DNA from: Oscillospiraceae bacterium
Lineage (GTDB): Bacteria > Bacillota > Clostridia > Oscillospirales > Oscillospiraceae
Length of the DNA: 64,000 bases
Assembly: GCA_017395935.1 (NCBI GenBank)
Contig: JAFQNL010000035.1
Location: 289 to 64,288 of the forward strand
Direction of reading: 5' to 3'
Shown here one piece after another: positions 44,072 to 53,273 of the stretch (its first letter is position 1; every line of letters starts with the position of its first letter). Both the position numbers and the translations under genes were made by a program. Under the pieces are notes generated by a model that saw only the letters and a list, made by a program, of their open reading frames with translations, did not search any database and had not been told where the DNA came from.

Positions 44072-45517
44072 TCACTCTTCCCGTTTGCCCATTTGATGGG
44101 CCTCGTAGTCGTTCAGGCTGCTCACCGCCTTACCTGCCATGGGGATCAGAGCCATCATATTGAAAACAGTCATCAGGCCAATACCCACGTCGCCCAGATC
44201 CCAGACAAAGGTATAGGCAGCCAGACCACCCACAAAAAGCATGACCAGAGCCAGCACCTTGTAAGCTGTCTGGGAAGCCCAGTTATCTCCGAAGAGGTAC
44301 GCCACGTTAGGCCGGGCATAATAGAGTACGCCGATAAAGGTGGAGAAGCTGAAGAGCCAAAGGATAACGGCGATAAAGATACTGCCAAACCGGCCCAGAT
44401 GATAGGTCATGGCCGTCTGGAGCAGATCCATTCCGGTAAGACCGGCCACCAGTTCCTCCGGGACCAGCAGCATAATGAAGGCGGTACAGGAGCAGATCAC
44501 AATGGTATCAATAAAGACGCCAAAGGCCTGAAGGAGGCCTTCCTTCGCGGGGTGGTCTACATCGGCGGCGGCAGCGGCACAGGGAGCGGAGCCGGAACCG
44601 GCCTCGTTGGAGAAGAGGCCCCGCTTGACGCCGTTCATGAGCACGGCGCCGAAGCCGCCGGCCACAACCTGACGAATGCCAAACGCCTCGGCAAAGATCC
44701 GCTCCAGAACAGCAGGGATGAGATGGAAGTTCTGGAAGATAATCAGCACGGTAATGACAAAGTAACAGCCGGCCATTACGGGAACCAGAATATCCAGCAC
44801 TTTAACAGTGGCATTCTTTCTCAGCACGATAACCGCGGCCACTGCCACCAGCAGAACAGTGGACCAAATAGGCGGAATATGGAAGGCGTTGTCCAGAGCC
44901 GAGGTCACCGAATTGCTGATGACCTGACTGATACCGCACCAACAGATCAGACCGGAGATGGCAAAGAGGAGGGCAATAACGCTCTTTTTGGCCGGATGCT
45001 TGCCTTTGGCTGCCCGTTTTTCATTGACATATCCGTGAATATACTGGGCAGGACCGCCCCGGTATCCGCCGTAGAGCGGATCCTTCTCCTTATACAGCTG
45101 GGCCAGCACACCTTCGGCAAAGGCGGTAGACGCGCCGATCAGGGCGGTAACCCACATCCAGAAGACGGCGCCGGCGCCGCCGGCGGAGATGGCTGCCACT
45201 ACACCCACCAGATTGCCCATACCCACACGGGTAGCGGTGGAGATAATCAGGGCCTGTACACCGGAGATGGACCCGTCCTCTTTGCTTCCACCCTTCTCCA
45301 GCGTCACCCGGACCATCTCCGGAAAGAGCCGGATCGGCAGAAAACGGGTCCGGATGGTGAAAAACACACCCGCGGGAATCAGGATCAGCACCAGCAGGGA
45401 CAGGCCAATACTGCCGCCTCCGGGCAGAGGGATGGTGATCAGATCGCCCCAAAGCAGATGGAATACTCCCCGGAAAAGGGCCATCGCTCCATCAGACAGG
45501 AACTGTACTACGCTCAT
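44072..45517 (-). CDS. Alanine/glycine:cation symporter (AGCS family)
   Basis: 481 aa polytopic protein. SISGVQALIISTATRVGMGNLVGVAAAI and GLFSNEAGSGSAP motifs. Confidence 0.92.
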   Translation of the reverse strand: MSVVQFLSDGAMALFRGVFHLLWGDLITIPLPGGGSIGLSLLVLILIPAGVFFTIRTRFLPIRLFPEMVRVTLEKGGSKEDGSISGVQALIISTATRVGMGNLVGVVAAISAGGAGAVFWMWVTALIGASTAFAEGVLAQLYKEKDPLYGGYRGGPAQYIHGYVNEKRAAKGKHPAKKSVIALLFAISGLICWCGISQVISNSVTSALDNAFHIPPIWSTVLLVAVAAVIVLRKNATVKVLDILVPVMAGCYFVITVLIIFQNFHLIPAVLERIFAEAFGIRQVVAGGFGAVLMNGVKRGLFSNEAGSGSAPCAAAAADVDHPAKEGLLQAFGVFIDTIVICSCTAFIMLLVPEELVAGLTGMDLLQTAMTYHLGRFGSIFIAVILWLFSFSTFIGVLYYARPNVAYLFGDNWASQTAYKVLALVMLFVGGLAAYTFVWDLGDVGIGLMTVFNMMALIPMAGKAVSSLNDYEAHQMGKREE

Positions 45518-45690
45518 TTTTCTCTGTTTCCTTTCCTCTACTCCCTCTGGGCCAAAAATCTTGCCGCAAGGAGAGCTGTTGTTCTTGTTTTTTAGACCAG
45601 AACAGTATACAATGAGCGTTGATATTTGTAAAATTGATAGTCATAATAGGGTCCATCGAAATTTTCGATCCAAACCCTGACGGAGGAAGT

Positions 45691-46563
45691 ATGGAACTGA
45701 AAAATTTGCAGACCTTTATTCAGGCCGCTGAACTGGGCAGCTTTACCAAGGCCGGCCAGCAGCTGGGCTTCTCCCAGTCTACGGTCTCCTTCCAGATCCG
45801 CCAGCTGGAAAGCGAGCTCAACGCCCAGCTGTTTGAACGCATCGGCCATACAGTGACCCTGACTGCCCTCGGTCGGGAGACACTGAGCTATGCCCACCAG
45901 ATTCTCCAGCTGGCCCGGGAGATGGGTGAGCATAGTCAGACTAAGACTGCCGTCTCCGGACATATCCGGCTGGGCACCGCCGACTCAATCTGCTTCCACT
46001 TTCTCCGGGAGCAATATCAGCAGTTTCGCCAGCTCTATCCCAATATCACACTGAAGGTCATTCCCGCCGGTACGGAGGAGATGTTCCGGATGCTGGATCA
46101 TAACGAGGTAGACCTGATCTGCACGCTGGACAACCACATCTACGATACCCAATATATTATCGCACAGGAAGAAAAAATTTGCATCCATTTTGTGGTCTCT
46201 TCTGACTCTCCTCTGGCAAAAAAAGGGTCTCTCACTCTGGAGGAGCTAATCGGCCATCCCTTTATTCTTACCGAGAAGGGCATGAGCTACCGCCGGATGC
46301 TGGACGAAGCTTTGGCCTCCCGGTTCTTGGAGGTGTCTCCCATTCTGGAGATCGGAAACACCGACATGATCTGCCATCTGGTCGCCCATGGCATCGGCCT
46401 CTCCTTCCTCCCCGACTACGCCACGCAGTCCGCCTTTGAGCGGGGTGAACTGGTCCGACTCCCGGTACCCGAGCTGGAGCTTCACGTATGGAAGCAGCTG
46501 CTCTATCACCGGGGCAAATGGCTCTCTCCGGCGATCAACGCTCTGATCGACTACCTCACCTGA
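45691..46563 (+). CDS. LysR family transcriptional regulator
   Basis: Start MELKNLQTFIQAAELGSFTKAGQQLGFSQSTVSFQIRQLE after GGAGG. Divergent from the AGCS gene. Confidence 0.93.
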   Translation: MELKNLQTFIQAAELGSFTKAGQQLGFSQSTVSFQIRQLESELNAQLFERIGHTVTLTALGRETLSYAHQILQLAREMGEHSQTKTAVSGHIRLGTADSICFHFLREQYQQFRQLYPNITLKVIPAGTEEMFRMLDHNEVDLICTLDNHIYDTQYIIAQEEKICIHFVVSSDSPLAKKGSLTLEELIGHPFILTEKGMSYRRMLDEALASRFLEVSPILEIGNTDMICHLVAHGIGLSFLPDYATQSAFERGELVRLPVPELELHVWKQLLYHRGKWLSPAINALIDYLT

Positions 46564-46569
46564 ATACAG

Positions 46570-46610
46570 CAGACAGCCCCACCGGAAGTGTATTCCGGCG
46601 GGGCTGTTTT
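46570..46610 (+). terminator. Terminator after the LysR gene
   Basis: cagccccaccgg-N9-ccggcggggctg followed by tttttc. Confidence 0.7.
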
Positions 46611-46677
46611 TCTCAAAGGGCAAGCCGCCGAAGCGGAAGCTTCGGCGGCTTTGGAAGAAATGTCGCAGATCCGTAAA

Positions 46678-47742
46678 TTAATACTCGAACTGACGATAGT
46701 AACGACGGATGGACAGGGGATGACGCAGGAAGAGCTCCATGTAAGCGTCAACGCGGTTGTTGACAGCGTGCATCATCAGATGGGAGATGGAGCCACGGAA
46801 TTCCTTGCTGATGCCTTCCATGGGCAGCTCAGCGGTGTCAATGATGGTGTAGTTAGCGCAAACCTTGGGCAGGAAGCGAGCCACGCGCTCTGCCAGAGGA
46901 CGCTGCTCGTCTTCGCCCATGAACAGGGTGACGGGAGTGTCGGCCACCAGGATCTCCTGCATGCCGTGGAAGAACTCGGGGCAGGTGATGGACTTGGTGC
47001 GGATCCACATCTGCTCCTCCCAGTAGCACATAGCATAGGAGTAGGTAGCACCCCACTGGTTGCCGGCGCCGACAAAGTAATGGGGCAGATCGGGATGATC
47101 CTTCAGGAAAGCAACCTTGTTCTTGGCATACTCGTAAGCCCAAGCGTCAGCTTCCTTCTCGATGTTGACCAGGCCCAGAGCCAGATGAGCTTCCATTTCC
47201 TTGTTGTAGCGCTCATACTCGGGGAACTCGCCGTTCTTATACATCAGGTAGTTAGCCAGCATGTAGAACTTCAGCTGCTCGTTCTTGCCGTAGATGACCA
47301 GATGATCCCACTTGCCCTCCTGAGTCAGGGTGGAGCCGGGGGTGTCGATGAAGGCGATGACGCGGACGCCGTCGGCCTTGATCTTGTCGATCAGCTGGAC
47401 CATTTCCTTGGTGTTGCCGGAAACGGTGGAGTAAACGACGACGCTCTTGGAGGTCAGACGCTTGTTGCCGGTGGTCAGATACTCAGCCGCATTCTCAACG
47501 TAGACGGGCAGAGAGGACTTGCCGCGCATATAGACCTCAACCTGCATAGCGGAAGCGTAGGTGCCGCCGATGCCGATGAAGTAAATGCTGTCAAAACCCT
47601 CTTCCCAGATCTGATCGACGATCTTCTCGATCTGGGGACGCAGTGCCAGAGCACCGTTGACGCTGTCGATGTCGCCCTGCTCGTCAAAGTTGCGCAGGCA
47701 GGGACCTTCGATTTCCTTCCAGGCCTTAGCTTCAAAGCTCAT
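46678..47742 (-). CDS. FrlB-like SIS-domain deglycase (fructoselysine-6-phosphate deglycase family)
   Basis: Start MSFEAKAW after AAGGAG. Tandem SIS domains (IYFIGIGGTYAS). The C-terminus RRYYRQFEY resembles my recollection of the E. coli FrlB end ERRYYGGLVEY. Confidence 0.8.
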   Translation of the reverse strand: MSFEAKAWKEIEGPCLRNFDEQGDIDSVNGALALRPQIEKIVDQIWEEGFDSIYFIGIGGTYASAMQVEVYMRGKSSLPVYVENAAEYLTTGNKRLTSKSVVVYSTVSGNTKEMVQLIDKIKADGVRVIAFIDTPGSTLTQEGKWDHLVIYGKNEQLKFYMLANYLMYKNGEFPEYERYNKEMEAHLALGLVNIEKEADAWAYEYAKNKVAFLKDHPDLPHYFVGAGNQWGATYSYAMCYWEEQMWIRTKSITCPEFFHGMQEILVADTPVTLFMGEDEQRPLAERVARFLPKVCANYTIIDTAELPMEGISKEFRGSISHLMMHAVNNRVDAYMELFLRHPLSIRRYYRQFEY

Positions 47743-47800
47743 TGGAATACACTCCTTCTTTTTCATAGACATTTGTGGTTTTGTACGTACAGGTGGAATT

Positions 47801-48550
47801 TTAACCGTCCCCACGCAGAGACGGGAGCACCTTATTGAAGTGGACGCTGAAATTGCACTTATCCCCCCGTGCGTAACAGCGATTAAACTCGACCATACGG
47901 CCCTTGTCATCATAGGTGGAGCATTCAAAGAGCATTACCTGCATCTCCGCGTCGATACCCAGCATACGGGCATCGTTCTGTTCCAGCCGAACCAGATCCA
48001 GCGTCTGGCGGGCCCGCTCGACATTGATGCCATAGAAGTCATAGATCTCATAGAGGGAAAAGACCGACAGGTCAATGCCCTCCATTTTGGGGACTACATA
48101 GTAAGGGATATAGGTCTCCTCAATGGACACCGGCTCGGCATCGCCGCAGCACAGACGCTTGATATAGAAGATATCGTCGTCCGGCTGGATACCGAAGAGA
48201 AGGCTGTACTTCTCTCCCGCTCTGCGCAAAGCCTTGGTCACCACCTTGAACGACGGCTTGACGTTCTTGTCCCGCATGGTCTGCGAAAAGCCGTTGAGCT
48301 CTTCCAGATCACGTTGGATCTTCTGACCCAAAACGTAAACGCCCTTGCCGGGTACCCGGCGGAGGAGACCTTCGTTAACAAGAGAGCCAATGGCGTTGCG
48401 GACCGTCTGGCGATTGATACCGTACATCTCTGCCAGTTCATTCTCCGAGGGAATCGCCGTACAGGGAGGATATTCACCCTGTTCGATCTTGGCACGGACG
48501 ATCTCCCGGACCTGAAGATAAATTGGGGATTGATAGCTTACGTTTCCCAT
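47801..48550 (-). CDS. GntR family regulator, HutC/UTRA subfamily (FrlR-like), copy 1
   Basis: 249 aa. wHTH IPSENELAEMYGINRQTVRNAIGSLVNEGLLRRVPGKGVYV plus a UTRA-like C-terminus. Confidence 0.88.
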   Translation of the reverse strand: MGNVSYQSPIYLQVREIVRAKIEQGEYPPCTAIPSENELAEMYGINRQTVRNAIGSLVNEGLLRRVPGKGVYVLGQKIQRDLEELNGFSQTMRDKNVKPSFKVVTKALRRAGEKYSLLFGIQPDDDIFYIKRLCCGDAEPVSIEETYIPYYVVPKMEGIDLSVFSLYEIYDFYGINVERARQTLDLVRLEQNDARMLGIDAEMQVMLFECSTYDDKGRMVEFNRCYARGDKCNFSVHFNKVLPSLRGDG

Positions 48551-48587
48551 GCCTTGTCTCTCCTGCTGCTGTTACAATAGAATTGGA

Positions 48588-49388
48588 TTACCAGGCGCCG
48601 AAGTACTTCAGCGTCTCAGTTGCGTTGGCAGCGCCCTTATGCATGCACTCTTCCAGGCTCAGGCCTTCCACCTTGCCGAACAGGAAGCCGGCAATGTAGC
48701 TGTCACCGGCGCCCATGCTGTCCACCACGTTGTCACAGGGGACGATGCCGTACTTGTGGAAGGTCTCACCGTCATAGCACATGGAGCCCTCTTCGCCCAT
48801 CATGCAGATGACCAGCTTGGGACCCTTGGCCTTGATCTCCTTCATCTTCTCACGGGTGGCCTCGGTATCGCCGTCGTCCACGGAGAAGAAGACATAGTCG
48901 GAGTAGGGGATGGCAACCAGAGAAGCCTCGTCGTCAGGACGGGTGGCGCAGTCGAAGGCGGTGGTCATGCCGCGAGCCTTCAGATCCTTGTACTGGCCTT
49001 CCACCTTGCCCCACAGGTCGCAGATGACCACGTCGTGCTTGCAGATGAAGTCCATATCTTCTTCAGAGAGCTTATAGGTCTCCAGAACACCCTCTTCGTA
49101 GTCGCCGAAAACGCGCTCGCCGTCGATCAGCTCGACGAAGGAGACAGCGGTCTTGCCTTCCTTGACTTCCAGATGGGAAATGTCAACGCCCTTGGCGGCC
49201 ATTGCTTCGCGCATGATCTCGCCGTACTTGTCGTTGCCCACAGGACCGGTATAGGAGGCCTCACCGCCCAGACGAACGGTATATACAGCCATGTTCACAG
49301 GGCCGCCGCCGGGATAACCCTTGCCGCCCTCGATATTGGTGTAATAGTCCACGCAATTGCTGCCTACTGCTGCCAGTTTCATAATCAA
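48588..49388 (-). CDS. PfkB-family kinase, FrlD-like (fructoselysine 6-kinase family), copy 1
   Basis: 266 aa. VGSNCVDYY, ERVFGDYEEGV, DSMGAGDSYIAGF, C-terminal FGAW. These resemble my recollection of E. coli FrlD (GDNCVD, DRVFGDYTEGV, ...GAW). Confidence 0.82.
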   Translation of the reverse strand: MIMKLAAVGSNCVDYYTNIEGGKGYPGGGPVNMAVYTVRLGGEASYTGPVGNDKYGEIMREAMAAKGVDISHLEVKEGKTAVSFVELIDGERVFGDYEEGVLETYKLSEEDMDFICKHDVVICDLWGKVEGQYKDLKARGMTTAFDCATRPDDEASLVAIPYSDYVFFSVDDGDTEATREKMKEIKAKGPKLVICMMGEEGSMCYDGETFHKYGIVPCDNVVDSMGAGDSYIAGFLFGKVEGLSLEECMHKGAANATETLKYFGAW

Positions 49389-50131
49389 TGTTCTCCCTTC
49401 CGTTGTTTTGCCGCCCGGCGCAGGACGCTGGAAAAGCGCACCTTGTCCGCCCGGGCCACTGCCTTAAAATACTCTACGGGCTTCCCCTGAGGGGTCCCGC
49501 AAACGCCGATGATAAAAAACAGTGCCGCGCCTTCCTCTACCTGAAGGAGCTTTGCCTCCTCCTCGGTAGCGTAGGTAATGCCCACACTCTCCTGACCCTG
49601 AGTCAGGTAAACGCCGTTGTAATTGAGGACCCGGTACAGGGATTCGTCGCAAAAATCGTAGCTCTCAATGCCGGGACAGCACTCGTAGTTAATCGTGCTG
49701 GCCTCAATCATATAGGGCACACCATCCATAATCCGAAGCCGGCGAAGGTGAAATACCTTTTTCCCCTCAGGAATGGCCAGCTTCTCAGCCTCGTAGCTGG
49801 AGGCCTGCTTCACCTCGATATCCAGAACCCGGTTGCGCAGGCTGTGGCCGGCGCCCCGGACAGACTCGGTGGTACTCTTCGCGTCCTGAAGATTGCGCTC
49901 CAGCTTGGGCGGGGCCACATAGGTACCCGAACCCTTCCGGCTGTAGAGCTTGCCCTCTTCGATCAGGCGCTTGATGGCGCTGCGAAGGGTAGTGCGGTTA
50001 ATGCCCCACATTTCGCACATTTCGCGCTCGCCCGGCAACTTCCCGTAAGGGGCAATATCCCGGCTCCGGATGTAGCATTCGATCTGCTCTACCGCCTCAT
50101 CCCGGGGTCTGATCTGCTGCCGTCGTTCCAT
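49385..50131 (-). CDS. GntR family regulator, HutC/UTRA subfamily, copy 2
   Basis: Start MERRQQIRPRD after TAAGGAG. wHTH LPGEREMCEMWGINRTTLRSAIKRLIEEGKLYSRKGSGTYV. Its stop overlaps the start of kinase copy 1 (ATGA). Confidence 0.85.
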   Translation of the reverse strand: MERRQQIRPRDEAVEQIECYIRSRDIAPYGKLPGEREMCEMWGINRTTLRSAIKRLIEEGKLYSRKGSGTYVAPPKLERNLQDAKSTTESVRGAGHSLRNRVLDIEVKQASSYEAEKLAIPEGKKVFHLRRLRIMDGVPYMIEASTINYECCPGIESYDFCDESLYRVLNYNGVYLTQGQESVGITYATEEEAKLLQVEEGAALFFIIGVCGTPQGKPVEYFKAVARADKVRFSSVLRRAAKQRKGEH

Positions 50132-50201
50132 CTCTGCACTCCTTATATCCGGCTTACGACCGGCCAGCGCCGGCCGTAAGCAGTCAGTTTCTTTGCTGTG
50201 A

Positions 50202-51017
50202 TCAGTCGGTGACCCAGGGTTCAAAGACCTGAACCACGCCGGAGGAGACCTGAGCGCCCTTCTCCATGCACTTCACAATGGGCAGGCCCATCAGCACACC
50301 ATACAGGAAGCCGGAGATATAGCTGTCGCCGGCGCCGACGGTGTTGACCACCTTCTCTGCGGGGACAATACCAAACTGGGTGAACTCTTTGCCGTCCCAG
50401 GCCAGGCTGCCCTTCTCGCCGAACGTAGCCACGGCCACCTTCATGCCGCGGGCCACCTTGTCCTTCAGGAAGTTCTCAATGAACTCGTCCCGCTCATTGT
50501 GATAGGAATAGAAGCCATAGTCGACATAGGGCAGGGTGCTCTCCACCAGAGGATGATCCAGACGGTCAGCATAGTCAAAGCTGATCAGGGTGCCGCTCTT
50601 GGCCTTGATCTTGGGCAGAGCGTCCTCGGCCTTGCCCCAGAGGGCGGTATGGACCAGATCGTGGTCGGCAGCGAAGGCAATATCCTCGTCGTCAAAAACG
50701 ATATTTTCCAGAACGCCTTCCACATAGTCGCCGTGGACACGGTCGTTGCCGTTCATGTCCATGTAAGTGATGGCAGTGGCGCCCTCACCCACCTTCAGGT
50801 GGCTGATATCCATGCCTTCTGCGGCCAGAGTTTCCAGCATCCACTTGCCATCCTCGTCGCTGCCGGTGGTGCTGATGATCGCGGTGGGAATGCCCAGCTT
50901 GCGCAGGTTGACGCCGGTGTCAACCGCGTTGCCAGTGGGATATCTGCGGTTAACGACCTCTCCGTTAATACGGACATAGACGTCGATGCAGTTATCGCCG
51001 ATCATTGCTGCTTTCAT
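50202..51017 (-). CDS. PfkB-family kinase, FrlD-like, copy 2
   Basis: Start MKAAMIGDNCIDVY after AAAGGAG. DRVHGDYVEGV and NTVGAGDSYISGF motifs. Diverged paralogue of copy 1. Confidence 0.82.
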   Translation of the reverse strand: MKAAMIGDNCIDVYVRINGEVVNRRYPTGNAVDTGVNLRKLGIPTAIISTTGSDEDGKWMLETLAAEGMDISHLKVGEGATAITYMDMNGNDRVHGDYVEGVLENIVFDDEDIAFAADHDLVHTALWGKAEDALPKIKAKSGTLISFDYADRLDHPLVESTLPYVDYGFYSYHNERDEFIENFLKDKVARGMKVAVATFGEKGSLAWDGKEFTQFGIVPAEKVVNTVGAGDSYISGFLYGVLMGLPIVKCMEKGAQVSSGVVQVFEPWVTD

Positions 51018-51051
51018 TTGTGTGCACACTCCTTTTTTTGTATTAGGCCTA

Positions 51052-51069
51052 ATATAAATCGATTTATAT
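51052..51069. promoter_or_regulatory. Perfect 18-bp palindrome upstream of kinase copy 2 (candidate operator)
   Basis: atataaatc|gatttatat lies 35-52 nt upstream of the ATG at 51017, in an AT-rich ~600-bp divergent intergenic region. Confidence 0.4.
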
Positions 51070-51467
51070 ACAAGATACAAAGTTTTTCAAACCTCATTCT
51101 TAGTATAATAACTGAACTCAGCCCCCGTCAACCGTTCATTTTGATGAAAAATAAGTCCTTTTTTTGTTAATTATGAATAAATCCAGGCCTTTTTTCTACA
51201 CCTCTGTATACCAATTTTTACACCCCCGGTTTTACCGCTCTTCATTTTGTGCGTTTTTTTATGATATGTAACGTTTTTTCAAACATTTTAGCTTTTTTAG
51301 ATGTCACGCCCTTTCTTTAAGTTAACCACTTTTTCCATTTATTTACATTTTTGAGAGAGGTCATGAATCCGGTTTCCTTCCCCGCTTCGAAACTATACCA
51401 GTTTTAAGCATTTTATACAAAATGCACCTCAAAAAGTGACACATTACACAATTCTAGACAAAACGCC

Positions 51468-51496
51468 TTGTCCACTTTACCCCTTCATGGTATATT
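51468..51496 (+). promoter_or_regulatory. Candidate sigma-A promoter for the amidohydrolase-frlC operon
   Basis: TTGTCC-17 nt-TATATT, about 150 nt upstream of the ATG at 51645. Confidence 0.4.
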
Positions 51497-51644
51497 ATAA
51501 CTAATTTGCAGGGTCTCTGTGCCGGTGAGATTTTCTCCTCCGAGAGGCCCGGCACCGGGACCCGGCTTTCATCCCAGAATCCCGTCGCTAAACCAATTCA
51601 CCTATCTACTCATTATACAAGTTTTTGAAAAGGAGTCCTGTCTT

Positions 51645-53195
51645 ATGTCCCACTGTGAAATCCTGCTCAAGTCCAACTCCATCTTCACCTCCACCGGCGC
51701 CGCCCCCTTTGCCGGCTACGTGGCCATTTCCGACGGCAAGATTGCCGCTGTGGGTCAGGGCTGCGCTCCCGAGACGCTCATCGGCGAAGAGACCAAGATC
51801 TACGACCTGGGCGACCGCACCGTCTCTGCCGGCTACATTGATGCTCACAGCTTCTTTACCGGCTACTCTCTGGGCTATGTAGGTGTTGACCTCTCCTCCG
51901 CCAAGAGCTGCGAAGAGATCGTCGCCATGACCAAGGCCTACGCCGAGACCATCCCCGCCACCAAGCCCCTGCTGGGCCGCGGCTGGGACGAGACCACCAT
52001 TCATCCTGAAGGCACCAAGGCTCTGGATGAGGCCTTTGGTGACCGCCCCGTGGTTCTCATCGCCGCCTGCGGCGAGACCTGCTGGATGAACCAGGCCGCC
52101 ATCGACACCTATCAGTTCACTCCCGACCGCTGCTGGTCCGAGGCTTACTGGCGGATGCTGCGTGCTGTCATGCAGGATCATGAGTACATCGTGCCCCGCT
52201 TCAAGGAGTACATGAAGATGATGAACAGCTTCGGCGTCACCTCTTCCAAGGAAATGGGCTTCGACGACTACTATGGCTTCACCGAGATTCTGGAGCAGCT
52301 GGACAAGGCCGGCGAGATGACCCTGCGTGTCAGCTTCATGAGCCAGCCCGTCGGCTTCCCCATGAATCTGGAATACGGCAAGGCCATGCGCGACAAGTTC
52401 CACAGCGACTTTGTCCGTTTCTCCGGCTACAACCAGATGACCGACGGCTCTATCAGCCAGCTCTGCGGCGAGATGAAGAGACCCTACCTCTGCGCCGATA
52501 CCCTCTGCGCTCAGGATATCGACTGGGCTCTGCTGGAGAGCGACACACTGGCCGTTGACGCTGAAGGCTTCCGCTTCTCCCTCCACGCTCAGGGTGACGG
52601 TGCCATTGGCAAGGTGCTGGACATCTACGAGAAGTGCAAGCGGGACGAGAACGGCAAGGTAGTCAACCGTCACTGCATCACCGACCTGGAGTGCAGCGAT
52701 CCCGCCGATCTGGAGCGCATGGGCAAGCTGGGCGTCATCGCCGAGGTCTATCCCCAGATCCAGTCCATCGCTGACCGTGCCGGCAAGATCGCTATGATCG
52801 AAGAGAAGATCGGCATGGAGCGCGGCCAGTATTACTGGAACCGCCGCAAGATGATCGACAGCGGCGTTTCCGTTTGCTGCGCCACCGACCTGCCTCTGGT
52901 CTTCGACAACATCCCCGTCTCCGCTTACCACGCAGTGGGCGGCTACTTCCCCGAGGGCGGCGAACCCTTCAACCCCCAGAACATGATCACCCGCGAAGAG
53001 CTGCTGACTGCTTGGACCAAGGGCGGTTCCTACACCCTGTACTGCGAGGATACTCTGGGCACTCTGGAAGTGGGCAAGAAGGCTGACATCGCTGTTCTGT
53101 CTGGTGACTTCTTCAACGAGCCCATGGAGACCATCCGTGATCTGGCCGTCTGCCTGACCCTGGTCGATGGCAAGGTGGTCTTTGAGAAGCTGTAA
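51645..53195 (+). CDS. Amidohydro_3 (YtcJ-like) family metal-dependent hydrolase, possibly with an atypical metal site
   Basis: Start MSHCEILLKSNSIF after AAAGGAG. GYIDAHSFF at the usual GFIDxHxH position, plus LHAQGDGAIG, CATDLP and a C-terminal GKKADIAVLSGD...DGKVVFE typical of the family. Confidence 0.8.
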   Translation: MSHCEILLKSNSIFTSTGAAPFAGYVAISDGKIAAVGQGCAPETLIGEETKIYDLGDRTVSAGYIDAHSFFTGYSLGYVGVDLSSAKSCEEIVAMTKAYAETIPATKPLLGRGWDETTIHPEGTKALDEAFGDRPVVLIAACGETCWMNQAAIDTYQFTPDRCWSEAYWRMLRAVMQDHEYIVPRFKEYMKMMNSFGVTSSKEMGFDDYYGFTEILEQLDKAGEMTLRVSFMSQPVGFPMNLEYGKAMRDKFHSDFVRFSGYNQMTDGSISQLCGEMKRPYLCADTLCAQDIDWALLESDTLAVDAEGFRFSLHAQGDGAIGKVLDIYEKCKRDENGKVVNRHCITDLECSDPADLERMGKLGVIAEVYPQIQSIADRAGKIAMIEEKIGMERGQYYWNRRKMIDSGVSVCCATDLPLVFDNIPVSAYHAVGGYFPEGGEPFNPQNMITREELLTAWTKGGSYTLYCEDTLGTLEVGKKADIAVLSGDFFNEPMETIRDLAVCLTLVDGKVVFEKL

Positions 53196-53273
53196 TCTCA
53201 CCTTTCACATCTCTCAGGCCGGGGCTGTCTCCCCGGCCTGTACATAACCACCAAATCAAAGGAGGATTCCAAA

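Noticed and set aside
47743-47928. Long N-terminal extensions in track ORFs, for example 47743-47928, 50132-50224, 51018-51080, 51519-51644, 15751-15801, 37823-37912, 40145-40213, 45619-45690, 31865-31954 and 36290-36331.
   Set aside because: In each case an internal ATG/GTG with a good SD gives the canonical family N-terminus, and the extension overlaps the upstream gene or promoter. Starts were trimmed accordingly.
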